Counted from the first letter of the stretch, positions 12,985 through 26,017 are shown. The stretch: 64,000 nt of DNA from Octopus vulgaris (GCA_951406725.2 OX597814.1:64790001-64854000); one strand, 5' to 3'. The notes: generated from the sequence alone by a model not told the origin. Made by a program: numbers and translations.

Positions 12985-13201
12985 AATGGTTTTAAATTTT
13001 GCCTGAAGCGCAGCAATTCGTGGGGAGAGGATGAGTCGATTACATCAATCGCAGTGTTTTACTGGTTCTTATTTTATTTACCTCAAACGGGTGAAAAGGA
13101 AAGTAGACCTCGGCGGAATTTGAACTCAGAAGGTAAAGACGTACAAAATGCCGCTGAGCATTTTACCCGGTGTGCTAGCGATTCTGCCAGCTCACCGCCT
13201 T
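12985..13201 (-). mobile_element. SINE family A
   Basis: CTCGGCGGAATTTGAACTCAGAA (B box)...ATTCTGCCAGCTCACCGCCTT. Confidence 0.88.
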
Positions 13202-13216
13202 AATAATAATAAAAAA

Positions 13217-13420
13217 TTCAAATTTTTGCCCCGAAGGACAGTTTGTGGGAGGGGATTGAGTCGATTACATCGACCCCAGTGTTTCACTGGTACTTAATTT
13301 ATTGACCCCAAGAGAATGAAAGGCAAAGTCGATCTCGGCGGAATTTGAACTCAGAACATAGCGACAGGCGAAATAGTACTTAGCATTCCGTCCAGCGTGC
13401 TAACGATTCTGCCAGCTCGA
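13217..13420 (-). mobile_element. SINE family A
   Basis: TCGATTACATCGACCCCAGT...GAATGAAAGGCAAAGTCGA...TTTGAACTCAGAAC. Confidence 0.88.
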
Positions 13421-13444
13421 TAATAATAATGGTGATAATTACTT

Positions 13445-14395
13445 CTCATTGGCCATAAGGGCAGCGAAAAACATTTAGGACAATACAAAGACGAAGTACA
13501 ATGAGGATTTGTACAGAACCATGTAAAAAAAAAAACAACATATGATAAAAAATTCTAACAATGAAGGTATCCAGTAGGAGCGAAATTCCATCCAGCGCAA
13601 CAAAGAAACCACACAGATCTTGAGCCACTCTACTCCCCACGAGTACCGTTCAAAGGGTTCCTCTTCCCTCCGTACTTCACAGTCTCAGTTGCCAGTCACT
13701 CGGTCCATCCTTACCACATTCACTCACCTTTCAAGTTTACTGGAGATCAGCCCATCCGTCTCCATTCTCACCATTCTTTGCAAATGAAAGTTTAAATAGT
13801 TGATGAGGACTTGGTCGGTAAGGAAAGTGTCTCTTTTTAGTCCCGTCCACCACACAAACACTTTTGTTATAGCCATCAGACAGAGAAAAGATTCCTGCTC
13901 TTTCCAGTCAAAGGAAAACGGTGGATAATGTTTTCATGATGTTGGCCGGGAGCCTGATCTACCTTACACATGAGCAAAGCTGTTCGACATTACACCACAA
14001 GTCAGAAATTTTGGAGCACGTGAGAACGATTATGTCCTTCTGCGTGCACATCCGCCAGACGCAACCGACGCTACTATCATGCTTGTAGAGTTTATCCCGA
14101 ATTAGCAATGTTCAACGATAGCACCGTCAGGCCAGAAATACCTGGAAATTATCAATGGGTTTCGACCCGAAAGTCCTTTGGAAAGAACTAACCAATTATG
14201 TTTCATCAATGACCAGACTTTTCCCAAGGACATCGTCACGTTTATCCACTACTAGTCAACTATCACATTGCTCGACTAGCGAAGTGTTCTGAGCACATGA
14301 CAACATTCAAGTTGCCAGGCACTCTGCATCGGTCTACGCTTGACACAGCACTGCAACTCGCCGTCGAGCTATACCCTTCCGTATTGGAGTACAAT
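13445..14395 (-). mobile_element. Decayed LINE 3' region, Tx1/L1-like
   Basis: Minus-strand frames give LLIRDKLYKHD and C-rich CTQKDIIVLTCSKISDLWCNVEQL (zf-RVT-like), then a T-rich 3' UTR ending at a TAA-rich tract. Confidence 0.55.
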
Positions 14396-14464
14396 GTGGT
14401 ATGATAACCGGATCTATTAGAGAAACTTTCTGTGACAGCCACGTGATTCTATGATTCTATGCAT

Positions 14465-14683
14465 TCTTTTCTACTGCAGGATCAAGGCCCGAAATTTTAT
14501 AGGAGGGTGGGGGAGCAATCGATTAGATCGACCCCAGTACGCAACTGATACTTAACTTATCGAGCCCGATAGGATGAAAGGCAAAGTCGACCTCGACGGA
14601 ATTTGAACTCAGAACATAAAAACAGATGAAATACCGCTAAGCATTTCACCAGGCGTGCTAACGTTTCTGCCAGCTCGCCGCTT
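14465..14683 (-). mobile_element. SINE family A
   Basis: AGGATGAAAGGCAAAGTCGACCTCGACGGAATTTGAACTCAGAAC...TTCTGCCAGCTCGCCGC. Confidence 0.9.
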
Positions 14684-14771
14684 TTATGAATCTATATATT
14701 GCAGTACAAATATATATATATATATATATTTAAAAAAGGAGATGTGGAACACGAGTTGTGATATATAAAAA

Positions 14772-15086
14772 GGAAATGAAGAAAATGCTGACAAAATAAT
14801 TTAAGTAATTTAAGTAATTTAATTAGGTGAAAGTTCTTTTTACCGGTTGCGCATTTGTTATGCTTATCAAGATGTCTTTTTTAAAGAGAGATTAGAGTTC
14901 CTTTTCTGATAGATTTTTTCCTCTTATCTGGATAAGAGGAAAAAATCTATCAGAAAAGGAACTCTAATCTCTCTTTAAAAAGACATCTTGATAAGCATAA
15001 CAAATGCGCAACCGGTAAAAAGAACTTTCACCTAATTAAATTACTTAAATTACTTAAATTATTTTGTCAGCATTTTCTTCATTTCC
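14772..15086. repeat. 315-bp near-perfect palindrome
   Basis: Arms 14772-14928 and 14931-15086, 2-nt centre (CTCTTATC-TG-GATAAGAG). The only difference seen is T6 versus A5. Confidence 0.97.
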
Positions 15087-15181
15087 CTTATATATATATA
15101 AATATATATATATATAATAATTTAATAAATAAAATATATGCATACATACATATATGTACGTACCTACATCTACATGTATAT

Positions 15182-15227
<46 letters not shown>

Positions 15228-15232
<5 letters not shown>

Positions 15233-15690
15233 TACAGGACACCACAAACGGACTTTTTTTAACAACGAAAAAACAGAGTACAAGACAAACAATATAAGGA
15301 ATATTCCCCTTCATCAGCTGTCCCTGGTTCGACTCCATGCGTGTTTCGAAGGTAAGGACAGGACACAACCCGCCGAACCAGACCTTCCTGCAAAAGAATT
15401 AAATAAAATTCCTTTGCAGAGGGGTAAAAACAAGGAAAGAAAAAAATGTGACAAGAACAGGACGTAAAAGCAATACAAATAAAAATACAAATAAAATACA
15501 AATACAAAATAAAAATACAATATAACAAATACAGTACACATAAAGAATAAAAACAGGACAAGGAAACCAACATTGAGGGATCTTTTTTAAGCCTAGACGA
15601 TGGAAAAATTCAGAGCGCAAGAAAAAAGCCATGTTGGCTTGTAGAAGGCAGCGAGTGAAAGGAAGTTGGTCGACTCACCAGTGAGAGAGA
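15228..15690 (-). mobile_element. Non-coding repeat with hammerhead-like boxes, Penelope-associated type
   Basis: Begins ATGAGTACAGGACACCA directly after (TA)n, as does 54070..54253. The minus strand has CCTTCGAAAC...CTGATGAAGGGG. Confidence 0.55.
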
Positions 15691-15755
15691 TGAGGAGGAG
15701 TGAGAGAGAGAGAGAGATAGAGAGGAAAGGAAGTAAGTTTATATATATATATATA

Positions 15756-15960
15756 TGTTTCAGGCATTTGACTGCAGCAATGCTGGAGCACCGCCTTAAA
15801 GAGCATTTTAGTGGAAGAAATCGAGCCAAGAACTTACTCTTTGTAAGCTTACTACTTATTTCTATCGGTCTCTTTTGCGAACCGCTATGTTACAGGAACG
15901 TAAACATACCAACATCAGTTGTCAAACGATGGTGGGGGGACATACATAGACACAACGATA
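15756..15960 (-). mobile_element. SINE family B, 3' half
   Basis: ATGCTGGAGCACCGCCTT...TTCTATCGGTCTCTTTTGCGAACCGCTA. Confidence 0.85.
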
Positions 15961-16530
15961 CACACACATGTAAAGATATAAATATAAATATAAACACTGA
16001 ATAATAAAGGATAGTAATTCTTTCACAGAACAACACATAATAAGGGCTCAATATATTGAGCAGTGATATCAAAATTTAATAAAGGAAAACAGATTCAGGT
16101 ATCAATTTATTCCTGGTCAAACCACACATATTTCTTCATACAATCTCATTCGAAATCAGGGTTGGATGACAGCGTGCATACACATATACAGATGAATATA
16201 TATACAATTAAAATAATAACCTCGAGCGGATAAGATGACAGTGATTTAAAATAAAGTCCTCGAATGAATCAAATAAAACGAAAAACTTCTTACGACCTTT
16301 TCAGGGAAAGTGCGAAGAGGCAGATACATCTTTTCAGCTTCAGTGATCACATTTCTTTCATCAGATATTCGTAGTTATAAAAGAGTTTCACATCTTTAAA
16401 GAGCTTCGAGTTTTAAACAGTAATGTAAAAATTCTAAGTACAAAAAATAAATTTCAAAAAAATCCGGAGTGCCTAAGCATAAAGTAAATTTTCATATCGT
16501 ATATATATATATATATGTATATGTATATAG

Positions 16531-16637
16531 ACGACGGGCTTCTTTCAGTTTCCGTCAATCCAGTCCACTCACAAAGGTCTGGTCTGTCAGAGGCTATAGT
16601 AGAAGACACCTGCCTAAGGTGTCTTCTACTATAGGCT
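16531..16637 (-). mobile_element. SINE family B fragment
   Basis: ACGACGGGCTTCTTTCAGTTTCCGTC...GGCTATAGTAGAAGACAC. Confidence 0.8.
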
Positions 16638-17378
16638 CTGTCGATATATATACATATATACAACGAGGTATATACCATTGTGGGTATATACTACATAACC
16701 ATGTGTATCAGTCTTTATAAAAAGTAAATATGTGATAAACCGAGGAAAGACGGTGTACATCAAATTTTAAAACGATTGGATTTTCTGATTTAAACTAAAT
16801 GTACCTGGTATTTTATAATACTTTCCAGAAACAACCAAAACAATTTTATATTTCAAAGTATTTAATCTCCCACGTTCTTCATTGGAGACGAACCACTTCA
16901 GCACTTCATTGCAAGTTTCTACAACACCACGGAATACTTGGCAGAGTCTATGTTGGATTCTTCTACGTCCGCCATCACAAATCATACCACGACTTCCCTC
17001 TTCAGCCATAAGTGGACGAAGCATAATTCAAAGACTGTCTTTCGAAGAAGAAACGTCCGATTTACTCGAGGCTACCATATTGTGAGGTCCAAACGATCAG
17101 TTTCTTACGGCTCGTCTTCCGTGTGGTCCACCATAACACAGGGCATTTACCAACGAAAACGAAACTCAGTATGTATATGTGAGGCCTCTTAAGCAAAACC
17201 TTAAAAACCACAGGAACATTTTCTACAGTATTCCAAATGAAGCTGATTATAGTATCACAGCGAGCGGGATATATTCGTCTGTTTGCCTGAACCCGGAACT
17301 ATGTGGTTGGAAAGCAAACTTCTTACTACACACCCACGCCTGCGCCTCTAAGCATGTCTTCTTATTGCTCATATCTAT

Positions 17379-17595
17379 AAGGCATCTAACTGGCAGAATC
17401 GTTTGCACGCCGTGCAAAGTGCGGTATTCTATTCGTCTTTACGTTCTATATCCAACTTTCGTCGAGGTCGGTTTTGCCTTTCATCCTTTCGGGGTCGATA
17501 AAATAAGTATCAGTCGAGTACTGTGGTCGATGCGATCGACTTACCCCCAACCTCCACTGAAATTACTGGCTGTATGCCAAAATCTTAAACCATTT
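17379..17595 (+). mobile_element. SINE family A
   Basis: GCCTTTCATCCTTTCGGGGTCGATAAAATAAGTA central domain. Confidence 0.85.
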
Positions 17596-17817
17596 CTTGT
17601 ATATATGTCCAATCATGACTAGTCTATGTCATTCAGATATTGTATATAAGTCCGCCTATTTTATTTCAGCCTAGTAGAGAATACTTGTTTAAGGATATTT
17701 TAATGTTTTCCTAAACACATACATGCTCATATATACACCCTCCCACACACACAAGCACCGATAGAATAAATATCAGACATAAGAAGAACATACGGATGTG
17801 AATTTGCTCGTCTAAAA

Positions 17818-18128
17818 CAAGAATTCTCAACCATTTTTTAATCTATGGACCCCTTTGATTACTATTTTATTCTGGGGATTACTATTTTATTCGATGTTTG
17901 AAAACTAGTTTTAAAGAAACTTCTTTCAAAATTCGTATTTTGTTTTTCGCACATTAACTTGTTAGAGAAAGAAACCTGTTTCTTGCAATACATATCATTA
18001 CACACACGAAAACCAAAATTTTGTCAGGGGCCCTTAAAATACTATTATGCTGTGTGGATCACCCCATTTTACTGTTTTGCTGTGTGGATCCCCCAAAATC
18101 TTATATGGACTCCGAGTGAGAACCACTG
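17818..18128. mobile_element. hAT-type MITE with perfect 8-bp TSD
   Basis: Ends CAAGAATTCTCAACC...GTGAGAACCACTG. GTCTAAAA is duplicated at 17810-17817 and 18129-18136, and the element interrupts a SINE B tail. Confidence 0.88.
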
Positions 18129-18934
18129 GTCTAAAACCTTCAAGGCGGTACCCAGCATGTCCGTAGCGTAACGAATGAAACAAATAAGAGACATAAGTGT
18201 GCGATTTGAGAAAGATTTAAATTGTTGTTATTCAGACAACTTATTCTCAGGAGCAGTGTATTTATGATATAACGCGCCTTCACTTACGTTTACAAATTGC
18301 TAGGTGTGATTTGAGAAGGATTGGACTTATATTTCAAGCAACAATTACTGGCTACCTTACTGGCTCATTCTCCTGAAACTGTCGTTGCATTTACTGATTC
18401 TCGTCATTGTCGTCGTCGTAGTCGTCAACGTCGTCGTGGTCATTGACATTATTGTTGCTTTTACTGTTATTTCCTTTTTGTGTGTGTGTGGATTGTTACT
18501 GGTGTTGTACTCAAACTGGGTGAGGAGGTGTAACACGTCGAAGTTCATTGTGGTGCTGCCACATTTTACGCTCCGTTGAATACAGCTGAACCGAAGTACC
18601 TTGATTAGTGTCATACAAGCCAAGTAAAAAGGAAATATACCGAATAAAATACAAAGTAGCACAGCACGAAAAATCATATACATTAAATAGGAGCCAGCTA
18701 ATGTGCCTTTTATGAGGCACATTTAGATCAGTGGCCTTCAACCTTTTGTAACTCACCTATTCCTTTCCACGAAAGGCTTTTTGTAAATGCCCCTCCCTAT
18801 CTTTCCACATTTGGGGAAAAAATATAACGATGCAGGATTATCTTAAGTAAACGGGTTTTAATTTAAACAGTGTACCTTATTATTCATATTGTATTTTACT
18901 ATTTCAAACAGCATCTATTATCCTTTCTTTTTTA

Positions 18935-19170
18935 TTTGTTTCAGGTATCAGATCACGGCCATGCAGACACCACCTTGAAAGTTCGAGCCGAGCAAATCGA
19001 TCCTAGTACTTATTTTTTTAAAACCTGGTACTTCTTGTATCCGGTTCTTTTGCCGAACCGCTAAGTTACGGGGGCATAACAAAACACTGGTTGTTAAACG
19101 GAGATAGAGAACAAAGACAAACACGACACACACAGACACTCACACACACACACACACACACACTCACACG

Positions 19171-19225
<55 letters not shown>

Positions 19226-19392
19226 ACACATGTGTTGGCCTTATTTAGTTTCCGTCTACCAGATCCATTAACAATATTTTGGTTGACGCAAGGCTTTAGT
19301 AATGAAACATGCTCAAGTTGCCATGCTATGGGATCTAACCCGGAACCATGTGTTGAGCAGCAAACTTCTTACCACAGCCACACTTGCGCCTA
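18935..19392 (-). mobile_element. SINE family B, full length and diverged, internal (CA)n
   Basis: GCCGAACCGCTAAGTTACGGGG...CTTACCACAGCCACACTTGCGCCTA. Confidence 0.82.
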
Positions 19393-19399
19393 GTGAGTG

Positions 19400-19572
19400 A
19401 GGGCTAGTCGATTGTATAGGCCTCAGGGCTCAACTGGTACTTAATTTATCAACCCTGAAAGGATGAAACACAAACCGGACTTCGGCAGAATTTGAACTCA
19501 GAACTAAAGACGGACGAAATGCTGCTAAGCATTTTGTTCGGCGTACTAACGATTCTCGCAGCTTGCCGCCTT
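19400..19572 (-). mobile_element. SINE family A
   Basis: CAACTGGTACTTAATTTATC...AATTTGAACTCAGAAC...GCTTGCCGCCTT. Confidence 0.85.
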
Positions 19573-19827
19573 GTGGTACATGGTATTCATATTTTATTTT
19601 ATTATCCCAAACCTCATCTGCTTCTTTTTAGTTATATGTGTGGATTGGTGCTCCTTTGTTAATTTTTAAAGGAAATTAATAAAGAAGGCAAAGTGTTATG
19701 TAACGACATTATATGTTCCTGCTTTCTGATAAGACGGTGTCTTAGTCATATTTTCATCTCGATAAACTTCTTTCTTTTTTGTAAGAACGTTTAAAATACA
19801 AGTTTTGTAAATGGCTTAAATATCTTA

Positions 19828-20484
19828 CTAGTGGGACCCGTGGAAATTCCACAGAACGAAAAAGATTAATAGAAGCTATCTAAAAAAGAAAGGATGATTT
19901 GCATTTTTATTTTCATTTTGCTAAGTATTTCACTTCCAGTTACAATAATATATTATATTTTAAAATTTCTTTCTACTAAGCACTTTAAATTTCTCCCTTT
20001 CTCTCTGCCTCTTCAACAAACTTTTTAACCATGTAATTCCCGTCTTCATGTCTTTAATATTCCTTTTTTTGTCTTCACTTCTCACTTCTACTAATTCTCT
20101 CTGTATACCTCTCTTAATGTAGCTGCCTCCCTTGCCTAACTTTCTTTATCTGCCTTTCTTTAACCTCACCACCAGAACATCATCCTCTGTTAAATATTAC
20201 ATCTTAAACATATCTCTTTCTCTTTACATTCCTTCCCCACTTCTTTCTCTCCTTATATTCTCTTGCTGTCTTTTCCTCTCGCTCTTCGCCTCTCCTTTCA
20301 AGTAATCGCGTAACGAATTTGGACTTATACCGCTTTCTCTATTTCTTCCTCACTTCTTTCTTCTCTACTAACACTCCTCACCTCTTTCCCTCTCTCACAC
20401 ATTTTACTCCAGTTCTCATTCATTCCACCTCCTCCTCTCTAACTAAGTATAACAGGCGAACGAACAAGCAGATTATTATATAGA
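19828..20484 (-). mobile_element. Non-autonomous Helitron
   Basis: Minus strand starts TCTATATAATAAT and ends with hairpin CTGTGGA-ATT-TCCACGG followed by CTAG|T. Confidence 0.75.
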
Positions 20485-21565
20485 CACTTAATGTAGTAAT
20501 CTAACTATTCAGTACCTGTACAGCATCTCGGCGTGAACTCAAAAGACCCAAAAGATAGTGCAGACTCCAAGTTAAGAACAACGACTTTACCTTATCAAAT
20601 CCTTCAAACCCTCCGAAAAGAATTAATGGTTACAGCTGGAATGCTTCTAATTGACTTGGAGCTAAACGAAATCCTCAACGTTATGGACAATGAACTGGCT
20701 GAATTGTTAGTGCGTCATACAATGCTTTGTGGCCATTTACATTTTCAATTCAAATCCCTGAGGTTAACTCTCCTTTTTTTGTATTTCTGGGTTGAAAGAA
20801 AGAAAATTTATTACACAATATTGAAGTAGGTTCCTCTGATGTATCCTAGATATGAATGCTATAATAACAGAAAACTGCAGCAACCAATAGCAATATATTT
20901 GCGAGCTTGATCATGGCACATATAAATATCTGTGGTCAGTAAGCACTGTAAATTTAATTATAAATATAAAATATATAAATACCTAAGGTCATATAATCTA
21001 TTCTTTGTCTTACAGAAAACATAGCATTTTATTTCTAACATAAATCCAGAAATTTTGGGAGGGAATGGTGTACGAAACCAACACGCATATTGCAATTGTC
21101 ACTCTTCTTTAAAATTCGAACTTATTGTATTAAAAAATATTTCAGCGTTTTCAGTGAGAGTGGGACGCATGAGATGCTACTGCTTTTATTGGGGGAGGGG
21201 CTATTACTGCACCTCTTATAAAAGTAATCACACTGGATAAAAAAATGTAATTGAAATAAAAGTTTTTGAGAATAACTTAAAAGATGTCTAAAAGAAACAC
21301 CTTTTGTCTATTCCAGATAGATGTTTTTTATTTTCTTGGCAAAATAACAAAATACTCTCCTATTTTCTGTACAGGAAATTCTGCGATATACTCTATGGAA
21401 AACAATACTAAGAAGAATAAATGTCATCCAGTTAAACTTGGCAATAATCCAATTCCCTCGGAGTGATTTGACAATCCGTCGTTCACGCCAAGATATGACA
21501 ATGGCAACAACAACAACATCATACTACTAACTTAAATAATACTAATAACAATAATCCTAACCCTA

Positions 21566-21910
<345 letters not shown>

Positions 21911-22108
21911 AGCAGCAGCAGCAGTAGCAGCAGCATTAGTAGTAGTAGTAGTAATGGTGTCAAATTTAGGCACAAAAACAAGAATTTCGATGAGTGCTTT
22001 GTTGAAACCATCGAGATCATTACATTATATATTTATGCATACATACATACACCCCCCCACACACATATATATATATATATACACACACACATATATATAT
22101 ATATATAC

Positions 22109-22599
22109 ACACAAAAGAGGTGACCCTTAACAGGACACCTTACATGATAGAAGGAACAGTCAAAATCTAAACCACGGTTAATTTCGAAGGGAATGAAAAA
22201 TAAAAATATTTTCAATAGTTACCACTTGTACCTAGGTTTCGGACATTAATTAACAAATAAAATAATATGTTTGTCTGTGTCCTTCATCAGCAAGGGCCGC
22301 TAGATAACATATACTTATGGGACAAGTTGAGAGTACATTTACCATCTTTATACACTTTAAGTTTTCAAATTCACCATGCAAGCGCAGTTATCGTCGGCAG
22401 CAAATAGAACCCTTTTGTGCCGACTGCCTTCAAAATTACTAAAAATCATATTAAGAAAATATAGAGTAGAAGAGACATTTTCTACCAGTGGCCTAGCATG
22501 CATGAAATAGTCAAGTAGACAACATATCTTTCAAATAAAATTAGTGTACATTTATACACAAAAGAAGTGATTCTCAGCAGGACACCTTACATGCTAGAA
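22109..22599 (-). mobile_element. 447-bp hammerhead-containing unit with ~44-bp terminal direct repeat (retrozyme/pLTR-like)
   Basis: ACACAAAAGAGGTGACCCTTAACAGGACACCTTACATGATAGAA (22109-22152) recurs as ACACAAAAGAAGTGATTCTCAGCAGGACACCTTACATGCTAGAA (ending 22599), enclosing a hammerhead. Confidence 0.55.
22225..22294 (-). ncRNA. Type I hammerhead ribozyme motif with intact core
   Basis: Minus strand CTTG-CTGATGA-A-GGACA-(long AT-rich loop)-TGTCC-GAAAC-CTAG-GTA-CAAG: helix I CTTG/CAAG, helix II GGACA/TGTCC, palindromic helix III ACCTAGGT, GUA triplet. Confidence 0.85.
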
Positions 22600-22636
22600 T
22601 GTATATATAATATTTGTATGCATATACACAATTGTA

Positions 22637-22997
22637 TAGGCGCAAGAGTGGCTGTGCAGTAAGAAGTCTGTTTCCCACAACATAGTTCCAGTCTCACCGC
22701 GTGGCACCTTGGGCAAGTGTCTTCTACTATAGCCTTGAGCCGACCAAAGCCTTGTGAGTGGATTTGGTTGATGGAAACTGAAAAAGTCCGTCGTATAGAT
22801 CTGTGTGTTTGTGTGTCTGTGTTCCCCCCTCCACAATCGCTTGATAACCGATGCTGGTGTGTTTACGCCCACATAGCTTAGCGGTTCAGTAAAAGAGGGC
22901 CATAGAATAAGTACTAGGTTTATAAAGAATAAGTCCTGGGGTCAATTCCAGCATGGTCGCAGTCAAAATGACTGAAACAAGTAAAAGAATGAAAGAA
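22637..22997 (+). mobile_element. SINE family B, near full length
   Basis: TAGGCGCAAGAGTGGCTGTG...CACCTTGGGCAAGTGTCTTCTACTATAGCC...GACTGAAACAAGTAAAAGAATGAAAGAAT. Confidence 0.9.
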
Positions 22998-23023
22998 TAT
23001 CGAATACACGGATACATAGATAC

Positions 23024-23104
<81 letters not shown>

Positions 23105-24033
23105 CACACACATATATTTATGAATGAATATGTGTATGAGTGTCTGTGTGTATGTATGTGTTGAATGTAAAGCTATATACGCCCAGGGCGAATCCTTTGG
23201 TCTTTGTCAAGCATCCCACTTGGGGAAGGCTAACTCGTAGATAAAACCGGCTGCTCTTGCACTGTACTTGTCTCTGGGTTCCTTGCTATTGCTTGTGTGA
23301 GTAGTTGTGTTGTGCAAGCCACATTCGGCTTAAAACCCTTGCACGGGTATTATTGACACTTGTCAGATATGGTTATGCTCGCCTAACGAGCTAACAGCTA
23401 TCATATATTGCTATAATGGGGAATTCAATGGAAACAACGGTAAAAATAATGTTCAGTTTCTCTTTAGTTCTTATAGTCGGTAAAGAAGGCTATCTCCTTA
23501 ATTCTTTTTAGGCCTCCGAGATTGATGGAAGTGAGAGATGCCAGTCTAGAAAATATTTCAACTCAAACTACAATTGTAAACTGCCACTAGCTACCAAAGT
23601 TTACTGCAATTACCAGCTGGCCACACTGACCCAAAGCAGTTGTTCTCACGTTTTGATGTATCACAGCTCTCTATGTAAGATGATCGGATGAGATTTACTC
23701 TTGGTAATCAGTAAAAAAAGAGAACGAATGTGCCGTAAACGCTAGTGTGACTAGTGGGGAATCTGAAAGGGCATAAAAATGGATAAGTCTATAAGTACTC
23801 ACTTTTATTACTATGATAAAAATGTTCATGATAATACTAATAATAATCTGGGTCCAATCCCAATCAACATTTCCTACGGTTAAAGGATTTTAGCGTTAAC
23901 TACTCTGTCTTTCTTATTTTTTTCAGTTATTATGTAACCACAACTACATTAACAACCCATATATCCTGATATTTTAAAACTGTGCATAAGAAGGATTCCT
24001 CGTTGACTCGTTGACTCATATTGTATTGTAGAA

Positions 24034-24280
24034 CAGTGGTTCTCAACCTGGGTCCACATGGCCTTTGTGGGTCCATATAAGATTTTGTTGTTAAAATACA
24101 TCTGCAATAAATAGGTTATTTCCAGAATTCACAAAATATTTAAACATTTTAAAAATACAATTTGTAATGATATCTAATTATAGAAGTAAAATATGAGTTT
24201 TTAAACATCGAAAGGCTATGAGGGTCCATCCGAATAGGAATCAGAGGCGTTTATAGGTAAGAAATGGTCGAGAGACTCTG
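24034..24280. mobile_element. hAT-type MITE, diverged relative of 17818..18128
   Basis: CAGTGGTTCTCAACC...GGTCGAGAGACTCTG termini. No TSD preserved. Confidence 0.7.
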
Positions 24281-25213
24281 GCATGAAGGATAATTATCCG
24301 CCCTGAATTAGGATTTGCGCCCTGATTCTCCGCTTATTAAGATCTTCATGTTATCCATGTTGGCCATGCAGCAACAGCTTCAAATCCATATTTAATAACT
24401 TAGGTACAGATATCTACAGGAATGATGGTCTAGCTACCTCTAAACAGTTGATCATTTATTTAAAATGAGGAAAGACATTTTTATAGACACAATGTAATCA
24501 GTAACGCATTATCCTATCTCCAGATTTAATTAGTTTGATGTGATTGAAGTGAGATTTGACTGCTATATGTAGCAGATTCAGCGACTGCATAGAAGCTCCT
24601 TCATTTGTTTGATGGTACAAAAAGGGGAAGGCAGCGCAGGACATTATAGAAAGGTGACTGATATAATCCAACTTTCCGCATGAATTTTTATAAAGACTTG
24701 TTTTCAAATACATATCTTAAAACAAACACCCACTTCACTTCAGGTCAGGGGCAAAAAATATTTTCTGTAAAAAAAATAGAAACAAAGGAAAAGGATATTG
24801 GGAAAGTGAAAGTAGAATAGATATCTAACACAAACATACACGCACGCACACACACACACACATACACACACCCACCCATATATATATATATAAATACTTA
24901 CATATACATGCGCGCCCGAACACATGACGAAAAACTACAAGTAAAGACATAATAAAAATACGAACATACAGAATGAATGTTTCCAAATATAGAAAGGGAA
25001 TTTGTTGCTGTAGATAAAGACAAAGATTTTCTATGAATAATAAGAAAAAGATAATCTTACATAGATAGACAACAATGAAACGAAAGAAAAGAAATAAAAT
25101 AAAAGGGGGAAAAACCGGCCTTGCAAACACGTACTACTGGCATGTTTACACGAATGTATTGATAAAGCAAGCTCTTGTTTATCTACTGGTATGCAAACAA
25201 TTAGAGAATACAC

Positions 25214-25273
<60 letters not shown>

Positions 25274-25348
25274 GCGCGCGTGTGTGTGTATATATATATA
25301 TATACCTATATATACATATACCATGCATACATATATATAAATATATAG

Positions 25349-25381
<33 letters not shown>

Positions 25382-25449
25382 AGAAAAAGTGATATACGGA
25401 TATATACGTAAAATTATATACATATTTATATACAAACACACACACACAC

Positions 25450-25580
<131 letters not shown>

Positions 25581-26017
25581 AATTAGTGTATAAGTGTATC
25601 TCGGATTCCAGTGTGTTGACATCAGTATTATTCCTTTATTGAAGTTATACATATACTTATACTTACATAAATTTTCCATGTGCTCGTTAATATTGTTATA
25701 TGCATGCTTGTATACACACAGAGCACCGCACACAAAGACACACATGGACAACACACATCTACAAATTTACTTACATAGGTTTGTATATGTAGCCTTCTTA
25801 TTTACCTATCTGTCCGTCTCTCTCTCTCTATATATATATATCTATATATATATATATATATATATATATCTATCTATCTATCCACCTATCTATACCTATA
25901 TATGTATGCATACACACACATATACACACAGGCAGACATGTATATTTATGCGCGTGTGTGTATGTGTTCCTGACAAAATAGTTTTTATTTGCATATATAT
26001 GTATACATACATACATA

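Noticed and set aside
16335-16372. CTGATGA...GAAA on the minus strand
   Set aside because: Helix II and III do not pair convincingly.
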